A stretch of 64,000 nucleotides of DNA from Eledone cirrhosa. Its lineage: Eukaryota. The position numbers and the translations under genes were made by a program. Positions 22,626 to 32,899 of this stretch are shown piece by piece. Every line of letters begins with the position of its first letter. Position 1 is the stretch's first letter. The notes under the pieces are model-generated. The model did no database searches, was not told where the DNA came from, and saw nothing but the letters and a program-made list of their open reading frames with translations. Location of the stretch: positions 135,284,001-135,348,000 of the forward strand of contig OZ024743.1 of the NCBI GenBank assembly GCA_964016885.1, given 5' to 3'.

Positions 22626-25600
22626 CTTGGTGTTTGGTGCTTGGTGCTTGCTGTTTGGTGTTTGGTGTTTGGTTCTTGGTGCTTGGTGTTTGGTGTTTGG
22701 TGTTTGGTGCTTGGTGCTTGGTGCTTGGTGTTTGGTGCTTGGTGCTTGGTGCTTGGTGTTTGGTGCTGCGTGCTTGGTGTTTGGTGTTTGGTGCTTGGTG
22801 CCTGCTGCTTGTTGTTTGGTGTTTGGTGCTAAGTGCTTGGTGTTTGGTGTTTGGTGCTTGGTGCTTGGTGGCTGGTGTTTGGTGCTTGGTGTTTGGTGTT
22901 TGGTGCTTGGTGCTTGGTGCCTGGTGTTTCGTGCTTGGTGCTTGGTGCTTGGTGTTTGGTGTTTGATGCTTGGTGCTTGGTGCTTGGTGTTTGGTGCTTG
23001 GTGCTTGGTGCTTTGTGTTTGATGCTGCGTGCTTGGTGTTTGGTGTTTGGTGCTTGGTGCTTGGTGTTTGGTGTTTCGTGCTTGGTGCCTGGTGCTTGTT
23101 GTTTGGTGTTTGCTGCTTGGTGCTTGGTGTTTGGTGTTTGGTGCTTGGTGATTGGTATCTGGTGTTTGGTGCTTGGTGTTTGGTGTTTGGTGCTTGGTGC
23201 TTGGTGCTTGGTTTTTGGTGTTTGGTGCTTGGTGCTTGGTGTTTGGTGCTTGGTGTTTGGTGTTTGGTGTTTGATGCTTGGTGTTTGCTGCTTGGTGCTT
23301 GGTGCTTGGTGTTTTGTGTTTGGTGCTGGGTGCTTGGTCCCTGGTGCTTGGTGCTTGGTGCTTGTTGTTTGTTGCTTGGTGCTTGGTGATTAGTGTTTGG
23401 TGCTTGGTGCTTGAGGTTTGGTGTTTCGTGCTTGGTGCTTGGTGTTTGGTGTTTGGTGCTTGGTGCTTGGTGTTTGGTGTTTGGTGCTTGGTGTCAGGTG
23501 CTTGTTGTTTGGTGTTTGCTGTATGTTGTTTGCTGTTTGGTGTTTGGTGTTTGGTATTTGGTGTTTGGTGCTTGGTGCTTGGTGTTTGGTGCTTGGTGCT
23601 TGGTGTTTGGTGCTTGGTGCCTGGTGCTTGGTGTTTGCTGCTTGGTGCTTGGTGTTTGGTGCTTATTGTTTGGTGCTTGGTGCTTGGTGCTTGGTGCTTG
23701 GTGTTAGGTGTTTGGTGCTTGGTGCTTAGTGTTTGATGTTTGGTGCTTGGTGTTTGGTGCTTGGTGCTTGGTTTTGGTGTTTGGTGCTTGCTGCTTGGTG
23801 TTTGGTGCTTGGTGATTGGTGCTTGGTGTTTTGTGCTTGGTGCTTGGTGTTTGGTGTTTGGTGCTAGGGGCTTGGTGCTTGGTGCTCTGTGATTAGTGTT
23901 TGGTGCTTGGTGCTTGGGGTTTGGTGTTTGGTGCTTGTGGTTTGGTGTTTGGTGCTTGGTGCTTGGTGTTTGGTGCTTGGTGCTTGGTGTTTGGTGCTTG
24001 GTGCTTTGTGTTTGGTGCTTGGTGTTTGGTGCTTGGTGCTTGGTGTTTGCTGCTTGGTGCTTGGTTTTTGGTGTTTGATGCTGCGTGCTTGGTGTTTGGT
24101 GTTTGGTGCTTGGTGCTTGGTGTTTGGTGTTTGGTGCTTGGTGCCTGGTGCTTGTTGTTTGGTGTTTGGTGCTTGGTGCTTGGTGTTTGGTGTTTGTTGC
24201 TTGGTGCTTGGTATCTTGTGTTTGGTGCTTGGTGTTTGGTGTTTGGTGCTTGGTGCTTGGTGCTTGGTGTTTGGTGTTTGGTGCTTGGTGCTTGGTGTTT
24301 GGTGCTTGGTGTTTGGTGTTTGGTGTTTGATGCTTGGTGTTTGTTGCTTGGTGCTTGGTGCTTGGTGTTTTGTGTTTGGTGCTTGGTGCTTGGTGCCTGG
24401 TGCTTGGTGCTTGGTGCTTGGTGTTTGGTGCTTGGTGCTTGGTGCTTTGTGTTTGGTGATTGGTGCTTGGTGCTTGGTGTTTGGTGCTTGGTGCTTGGTG
24501 TTTGGTGCTTGGTGTTTGGTGCTTGGTGCTTGGTGTTTGGTGCTTGGTGTTATGTGCTTGGTGTTTGGTGCTTGGTGCTTGGTGCTTGGTGTTAGGTGTT
24601 TGGAGCTTGGTGCTTGTTGTTTGATGTTTGGTCCTTGGTGCTTGGTGTTTGGTGCTTGGTGCTTGGTGTTTGGTGTTTGGTGCTTGCTGCTTGCTGCTTG
24701 GTGTTTGGTGCTTGGTGATTGGTGCTTGGTGTTTGGTGCTTGGTGCTTGGTGTTTGGTGTTTGGTGCTAGGTGCTTGGTGCTTGGTGTTTGGTGCTTGGT
24801 GCTTGGTGTTAGGTGATTGGTGCTTGGTGTTTGGTGCTTGGTGCTTGGTGCTTGGTGCTTGGTGTTAGGCGTTTGGTGCTTGGATTGTTTGATGTTTGGT
24901 CCTTGGTGCTTGGTGTTTAGTATTTGGTGCTTGGTGCTTGGTGTTTGGTGTTTGGTGCTTGCTGCTTGCTGCTTGGTGTTTGGTGCTTGGTGATTGGTGC
25001 TTGGTGTTTTGTGCTTTTTGCTTGGTGTTTGGTGTTTGGTGCTAGGGTCTTGGTGCTTGGTGCTTGGTGTTTGGTGCTTGGTGCTTGGTGTTTGGTGTTT
25101 GGTGCTTGGTGCGTGGGGCTTGGTGTTTGGTGCTTGGTGTTTGGTGCTTGGTGTTTGGTGCTTGCTGTTTGGTGCTTGGTGCTTGGTGTTTGGTGTTTGG
25201 TGTTTGGTGCTTGGTGCTTGGTGTTTGGTGCTTGGTGCTTGGTGCTTGGTGCTTGGTGCTTGGTCTTTGGTGCTTGGTGCTTGGTGATTAGTGTTTGGTG
25301 ATTGGTGCTTGGGGTTTGGTGTTTGGTACTTGGTGTTTGGTGCTTGGTGCTTGCTGTTTGGTGTTTGGTGTTTGGTTCTTGGTGCTTGGTGTTTGGTGTT
25401 TGGTATTTGGTGCTTGGTGCTTGGTGCTTGGTGTTTGGTGCTTGGTGCTTGGTGCTTGGTGTTTGGTGCTGCGTGCTTGGTGTTTGGTGTTTGGTGCTTG
25501 GTGCCTGCTGCTTGTTGTTTGGTGTTTGGGGCTTGGTGTTCGGTGCTTGGTGCTTGCTGCTTGGTGCTTTGTGTTTGGTGTTTGGTGCTTGGTGCTTGGT

Positions 25601-26384
25601 GTTTGATGTTGGGTCCTTTGTGCTTGGTGCTTGGTGTTTGGTGCTTGGTGTTTGGTGTTTGGTGCTTGCTGCTTGCTGCGTGTTGTTTCGTTCTTTGTGA
25701 TTGGTGCTTGGTGCTTGGTGTTTGGTGCTTGGTGCTTGGTGTTTGGTGTTTGGTGTTTGGTGCTTGGGGCTTGGTGTTTTGTGCTTGGTGCTTGGTGCTT
25801 GGTGTTTGGTGTTTGGTGTTTGGTGCTTGCTGTTTGGTGCTTGGTGCTTGGTTCTGGGTGGTTGGTGTTTGCTGCTTGGTACTTGGTGTTTGGTGCTTGG
25901 TGCTTGGTGCTTGGTCTTTGGTGCTTGGTGTTTGGTGTTTGGTGCTTGGTGCTTGGTGCTTGGTGTTTGGTGCTTGGTGCTTGGTGCTTGGTGTTTGGTG
26001 CTTGGTGCTTGGTGATTAGTGTTTGTTGCTTGGTGCTTGGGGTTTGGTGGTTGGTGCTTGGTGCTTGGTTCTTGGTGTTTGGTGTTTGGTGTTTGGTGTC
26101 TGCTTTTTGGTGTTTGGTGTTTGCTGTATGGTGTTTGCTGTTTCGTATTTGGTTTTTGCTGTTTGGTGTTTGGTGTTTGCTGTTTGGTGTTTGGTGTTTG
26201 GTGTTCGGTGCTTGGTGCTTGGTGTTTGGTGCTTGGTGCTTGGTTTTTGGTGTTTGGTGCTTGGTACCTGGTGCTTGTTGTTTGGTGTTTGGTGCTTGGT
26301 GCTTGGTGCTTGGTGTTTGGTGCTTGGTGTCTGGTGTTTGGTGCTTGGTGCTTGGTGCTTGGTGTTTGGTGTTTGGTGCTTGGT
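22626..26384 (+). repeat. Copy 1 of a near-perfect duplication of about 3.76 kb (offset 4320)
   Basis: 4320 = 72x60, so the printed lines align directly. Lines 22681/27001, 23461/27781, 24841/29161, 25681/30001 and 26101/30421 read identically. Confidence 0.95.
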
Positions 26385-26945
26385 CCTTGGTGTTTGGTGC
26401 TGGGTGCTTTGTGTTTGGTGCTTGGTGCTTGGTGCTTGGTGTTTGGTGTTTGCTGCTTGGTGTTTGATGCTTGGTGCTTGGTGCTTGGTGTTTTGTGTTT
26501 GGTGCTTGGTGCTTGGTGTTTGGTGTTTGGCGTTTGGTGTTTGGTGTTTGCTGCTTGGTGTTTGGTGCCTGGTGCTTGGTGCTTGGTGCTTGGAGTTTGG
26601 TGTTTGGTGTTTGGTTTTTGGTGCTGGGTGCTTGGGCCTTGGTGTTTGGTGCTGGGTGCTTTGTGTTTGGTGCTTGGTGCTTGGTGTTTGGTGTTTGCTG
26701 CTTGGTGTTTGATGCTTGGTGCTTGGTGCTTGGTGTTTTGTGTTTGGTGCTTGGTTCTTGGTGTTTGGTGCTTGGTGCTTGGTGCTTGGTGTTTGTACTT
26801 GGTGCTTGGTGCTTGGTGTTTGGTTCTTGGTTCTTGGTGTTTGGATACTTGTTGCTTGATGCTTGGTGCTTGATGTTTGGTGTTTGGTGCTTGGTGTTTG
26901 GTGCTTGGTGATTGGTGCTTGGTGTTAGGTGTTTGGTGCTTGGTC

Positions 26946-29900
26946 CTTGGTGTTTGGTGCTTGGTGCTTGCTGTTTGGTGTTTGGTGTTTGGTTCTTGGT
27001 GCTTGGTGTTTGGTGTTTGGTGTTTGGTGCTTGGTGCTTGGTGCTTGGTGTTTGGTGCTTGGTGCTTGGTGCTTGGTGTTTGGTGCTGCGTGCTTGGTGT
27101 TTGGTGTTTGGTGCTTGGTGCCTGCTGCTTGTTGTTTGGTGTTTGGTGCTAAGTGCTTGGTGTTTGGTGTTTGGTGCTTGGTGCTTGGTGGCTGGTGTTT
27201 GGTGCTTGGTGTTTGGTGTTTGGTGCTTGGTGCTTGGTGCCTGGTGTTTCGTGCTTGGTGCTTGGTGCTTGGTGTTTGGTGTTTGATGCTTGGTGCTTGG
27301 TGCTTGGTGTTTGGTGCTTGGTGCTTGGTGCTTTGTGTTTGATGCTGCGTGCTTGGTGTTTGGTGTTTGGTGCTTGGTGCTTGGTGTTTGGTGTTTCGTG
27401 CTTGGTGCCTGGTGCTTGTTGTTTGGTGTTTGCTGCTTGGTGCTTGGTGTTTGGTGTTTGGTGCTTGGTGATTGGTATCTGGTGTTTGGTGCTTGGTGTT
27501 TGGTGTTTGGTGCTTGGTGCTTGGTGCTTGGTTTTTGGTGTTTGGTGCTTGGTGCTTGGTGTTTGGTGCTTGGTGTTTGGTGTTTGGTGTTTGATGCTTG
27601 GTGTTTGCTGCTTGGTGCTTGGTGCTTGGTGTTTTGTGTTTGGTGCTGGGTGCTTGGTCCCTGGTGCTTGGTGCTTGGTGCTTGTTGTTTGTTGCTTGGT
27701 GCTTGGTGATTAGTGTTTGGTGCTTGGTGCTTGAGGTTTGGTGTTTCGTGCTTGGTGCTTGGTGTTTGGTGTTTGGTGCTTGGTGCTTGGTGTTTGGTGT
27801 TTGGTGCTTGGTGTCAGGTGCTTGTTGTTTGGTGTTTGCTGTATGTTGTTTGCTGTTTGGTGTTTGGTGTTTGGTATTTGGTGTTTGGTGCTTGGTGCTT
27901 GGTGTTTGGTGCTTGGTGCTTGGTGTTTGGTGCTTGGTGCCTGGTGCTTGGTGTTTGCTGCTTGGTGCTTGGTGTTTGGTGCTTATTGTTTGGTGCTTGG
28001 TGCTTGGTGCTTGGTGCTTGGTGTTAGGTGTTTGGTGCTTGGTGCTTAGTGTTTGATGTTTGGTGCTTGGTGTTTGGTGCTTGGTGCTTGGTTTTGGTGT
28101 TTGGTGCTTGCTGCTTGGTGTTTGGTGCTTGGTGATTGGTGCTTGGTGTTTTGTGCTTGGTGCTTGGTGTTTGGTGTTTGGTGCTAGGGGCTTGGTGCTT
28201 GGTGCTCTGTGATTAGTGTTTGGTGCTTGGTGCTTGGGGTTTGGTGTTTGGTGCTTGTGGTTTGGTGTTTGGTGCTTGGTGCTTGGTGTTTGGTGCTTGG
28301 TGCTTGGTGTTTGGTGCTTGGTGCTTTGTGTTTGGTGCTTGGTGTTTGGTGCTTGGTGCTTGGTGTTTGCTGCTTGGTGCTTGGTTTTTGGTGTTTGATG
28401 CTGCGTGCTTGGTGTTTGGTGTTTGGTGCTTGGTGCTTGGTGTTTGGTGTTTGGTGCTTGGTGCCTGGTGCTTGTTGTTTGGTGTTTGGTGCTTGGTGCT
28501 TGGTGTTTGGTGTTTGTTGCTTGGTGCTTGGTATCTTGTGTTTGGTGCTTGGTGTTTGGTGTTTGGTGCTTGGTGCTTGGTGCTTGGTGTTTGGTGTTTG
28601 GTGCTTGGTGCTTGGTGTTTGGTGCTTGGTGTTTGGTGTTTGGTGTTTGATGCTTGGTGTTTGTTGCTTGGTGCTTGGTGCTTGGTGTTTTGTGTTTGGT
28701 GCTTGGTGCTTGGTGCCTGGTGCTTGGTGCTTGGTGCTTGGTGTTTGGTGCTTGGTGCTTGGTGCTTTGTGTTTGGTGATTGGTGCTTGGTGCTTGGTGT
28801 TTGGTGCTTGGTGCTTGGTGTTTGGTGCTTGGTGTTTGGTGCTTGGTGCTTGGTGTTTGGTGCTTGGTGTTATGTGCTTGGTGTTTGGTGCTTGGTGCTT
28901 GGTGCTTGGTGTTAGGTGTTTGGAGCTTGGTGCTTGTTGTTTGATGTTTGGTCCTTGGTGCTTGGTGTTTGGTGCTTGGTGCTTGGTGTTTGGTGTTTGG
29001 TGCTTGCTGCTTGCTGCTTGGTGTTTGGTGCTTGGTGATTGGTGCTTGGTGTTTGGTGCTTGGTGCTTGGTGTTTGGTGTTTGGTGCTAGGTGCTTGGTG
29101 CTTGGTGTTTGGTGCTTGGTGCTTGGTGTTAGGTGATTGGTGCTTGGTGTTTGGTGCTTGGTGCTTGGTGCTTGGTGCTTGGTGTTAGGCGTTTGGTGCT
29201 TGGATTGTTTGATGTTTGGTCCTTGGTGCTTGGTGTTTAGTATTTGGTGCTTGGTGCTTGGTGTTTGGTGTTTGGTGCTTGCTGCTTGCTGCTTGGTGTT
29301 TGGTGCTTGGTGATTGGTGCTTGGTGTTTTGTGCTTTTTGCTTGGTGTTTGGTGTTTGGTGCTAGGGTCTTGGTGCTTGGTGCTTGGTGTTTGGTGCTTG
29401 GTGCTTGGTGTTTGGTGTTTGGTGCTTGGTGCGTGGGGCTTGGTGTTTGGTGCTTGGTGTTTGGTGCTTGGTGTTTGGTGCTTGCTGTTTGGTGCTTGGT
29501 GCTTGGTGTTTGGTGTTTGGTGTTTGGTGCTTGGTGCTTGGTGTTTGGTGCTTGGTGCTTGGTGCTTGGTGCTTGGTGCTTGGTCTTTGGTGCTTGGTGC
29601 TTGGTGATTAGTGTTTGGTGATTGGTGCTTGGGGTTTGGTGTTTGGTACTTGGTGTTTGGTGCTTGGTGCTTGCTGTTTGGTGTTTGGTGTTTGGTTCTT
29701 GGTGCTTGGTGTTTGGTGTTTGGTATTTGGTGCTTGGTGCTTGGTGCTTGGTGTTTGGTGCTTGGTGCTTGGTGCTTGGTGTTTGGTGCTGCGTGCTTGG
29801 TGTTTGGTGTTTGGTGCTTGGTGCCTGCTGCTTGTTGTTTGGTGTTTGGGGCTTGGTGTTCGGTGCTTGGTGCTTGCTGCTTGGTGCTTTGTGTTTGGTG

Positions 29901-30704
29901 TTTGGTGCTTGGTGCTTGGTGTTTGATGTTGGGTCCTTTGTGCTTGGTGCTTGGTGTTTGGTGCTTGGTGTTTGGTGTTTGGTGCTTGCTGCTTGCTGCG
30001 TGTTGTTTCGTTCTTTGTGATTGGTGCTTGGTGCTTGGTGTTTGGTGCTTGGTGCTTGGTGTTTGGTGTTTGGTGTTTGGTGCTTGGGGCTTGGTGTTTT
30101 GTGCTTGGTGCTTGGTGCTTGGTGTTTGGTGTTTGGTGTTTGGTGCTTGCTGTTTGGTGCTTGGTGCTTGGTTCTGGGTGGTTGGTGTTTGCTGCTTGGT
30201 ACTTGGTGTTTGGTGCTTGGTGCTTGGTGCTTGGTCTTTGGTGCTTGGTGTTTGGTGTTTGGTGCTTGGTGCTTGGTGCTTGGTGTTTGGTGCTTGGTGC
30301 TTGGTGCTTGGTGTTTGGTGCTTGGTGCTTGGTGATTAGTGTTTGTTGCTTGGTGCTTGGGGTTTGGTGGTTGGTGCTTGGTGCTTGGTTCTTGGTGTTT
30401 GGTGTTTGGTGTTTGGTGTCTGCTTTTTGGTGTTTGGTGTTTGCTGTATGGTGTTTGCTGTTTCGTATTTGGTTTTTGCTGTTTGGTGTTTGGTGTTTGC
30501 TGTTTGGTGTTTGGTGTTTGGTGTTCGGTGCTTGGTGCTTGGTGTTTGGTGCTTGGTGCTTGGTTTTTGGTGTTTGGTGCTTGGTACCTGGTGCTTGTTG
30601 TTTGGTGTTTGGTGCTTGGTGCTTGGTGCTTGGTGTTTGGTGCTTGGTGTCTGGTGTTTGGTGCTTGGTGCTTGGTGCTTGGTGTTTGGTGTTTGGTGCT
30701 TGGT
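26946..30704 (+). repeat. Copy 2 of the near-perfect duplication of about 3.76 kb (offset 4320)
   Basis: Identical ORF translations at +4320 (22833/27153, 23889/28209, 24924/29244, 25291/29611), including the phase-breaking TTGGATTGT at ~24880/~29200. Confidence 0.95.
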
Positions 30705-32899
30705 GCTTGGTGTTTGGTGTTTGGTGCTGGGTGCTTGGAGTTTGGTGCTTGGTGCTTGGTGCTTAGTGCTTGGTGTTTGGTGTTTGGTGCTTGGTGTTTG
30801 GTGTTTGGTGTTTGATGCTTGGTGTGTGCTGCTTGGTGCTTGGTGCTTGGTGTTTTGTGTTTGGTGCTTGGTGCTTGGTGCCTGGTTCTTGGTGCTTGGT
30901 GCTTGTTGTTTGGTGCTTGGTGCTTGGTGATTAGTGTTTGGTGCTTGGTGCTTGGGGTTTGCTGTTTGGTGCTTGGTGCTTGGTGTTTGGTGTTTGGTGC
31001 TTGGTGCGTGGGGCTTGGTGTTTGGTGCTTGGTGTTTGGTGCTTGGTGTTTGGTGCTTGCTGTTTGGTGCTTGGTGCTTGGTGTTTGGTGTTTGGTGCTA
31101 GGGTCTTGGTGCTTGGTGCTTGGTGTTTGGTGCTTGGTGCTTGGTGTTTGGTGTTTGGTGCTTGGTGCGTGGGGCTTGGTGTTTGGTGCTTGGTGTTTGG
31201 TGCTTGGTGTTTGGTGCTTGCTGTTTGGTGCTTGGTACTTGGTGTTTGGTGTTTGGTGTTTGGTGCTTGGTGCTTGGTGTTTGGTGCTTGGTGCTTGGTG
31301 CTTGGTGCTTGGTGCTTGGTGCTTGGTCTTTGGTGCTTGGTGCTTGGTGATTAGTGTTTGGTGATTGGTGCTTGGGGTTTGGTGTTTGGTGCTTGGTGTT
31401 TGGTGTTTGGTGTTTGATGCTTGGTGTGTGCTGCTTGGTGCTTGGTGCTTGGTGTTTTGTGTTTGGTGCTTGGTGCTTGGTGCCTGGTTCTTGGTGCTTG
31501 GTGCTTGTTGTTTGGTGCTTGGTGCTTGGTGATTAGTATTTGGTGCTTGGTGCTTGGGGTTTGCTGTTTGGTGCTTGGTGTTTGGTGTTTGGTGCTTGGT
31601 GCTTGGTGTTTGGTGTTTGGTGTTTGGTGCTTGGTGTCTGGTGTTTGGTGTTTGGTGTTTGGTGCTTGGTGCTTGGTGATTAGTGTTTGGTGATTGGTGC
31701 TTGGGGTTTGGTGTTTGGTACTTGGTGTTTGGTGCTTGGTGCTTGCTGTTTGGTGTTTGGTGTTTGGTTCTTGGTGCTTGGTGTTTGGTGTTTGGTGCTA
31801 GGGTCTTGGTGCTTGGTGCTTGGTGTTTGGTGCTTGGTGCTTGGTGTTTGGTGTTTGGTGCTTGGTGCGTGGGGCTTGGTGTTTGGTGCTTGGTGTTTGG
31901 TGCTTGGTGTTTGGTGCTTGCTGTTTGGTGCTTGGTGCTTGGTGTTTGGTGTTTGGTGTTTGGTGCTTGGTGCTTGGTGTTTGGTGCTTGGTGCTTGGTG
32001 CTTGGTGCTTGGTCTTTGGTGCTTGGTGCTTGGTGATTAGTGTTTGGTGATTGGTGCTTGGGGTTTGGTGTTTGGTACTTGGTGTTTGGTGCTTGGTGCT
32101 TGCTGTTTGGTGTTTGGTGTTTGGTTCTTGGTGCTTGGTGTTTGGTGTTTGGTGTTTGGTGCTTGGTACTTGGTGCTTGGTGTTTGGTGCTTGGTGCTTG
32201 GTGCTTGGTGTTTGGTGCTGCGTGCTTGGTGTTTGGTGTTTGGTGTTTGGTGCTTGGTGCTTGGTGTTTGGTGTTTGTTGCTTGGTGCTTGGTATCTTGT
32301 GTTTGGTGCTTGGTGTTTGGTGTTTGGTGCTTGGTGCTTGGTGTTTGGTGTTTGGTGCTTGGTGCTTGGTGCCTGGTGTTTCGTGCTTGGTGCTTGGTGC
32401 TTGGTGTTTGGTGTTTGGTGCTTGGTGGTTGGTGTTTGGTACTTGGTGCTTGGTGCTTGGTGCTTGGTGTTTGATGCTTGGTGCTTGGTGCTTGGTGTTT
32501 GATGCTGCGTGCCTGGTGTTTGGTGTTTGGTGCTTGGTGCTTGGTGTTTGGTGTTTCGTGCTTGGTGCCTGGTGCTTGTTGTTTGGTGTTTGCTGCTTGG
32601 TGTTTGGTGTTTGGTGCTTGGTGCTTGGTGTTTGGTGTTTGGTGTTTGATGCTTGGTGTTTGCTGCTTGGTGCTTGGTGCTTGGTGTTTTGTGTGTGGTG
32701 CTGGGTGCTTGGTGCCTGGTGCTTGGTGCTTGGTGGTTGTTGTTTGGTGCTTGGTGCTTGGTGATTAGTGTTTGGTGCTTTGTGCTTGCGGTTTGGTGTT
32801 TTGTGCTTGGGGTTTGGTGTTTGGTGCTTGGTGCTTGGTGTTTGGTGCTTGGTGCTTGGTGCTTGGTGCTTGGTGTTAGGTGTTTGGTGCTTGGTGCTT

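Noticed and set aside
22626-30704. Long direct repeats read as LTRs or a composite transposon
   Set aside because: Both the repeats and the 560-bp interior are satellite sequence, with no coding region, primer-binding site, polypurine tract or terminal inverted repeats.
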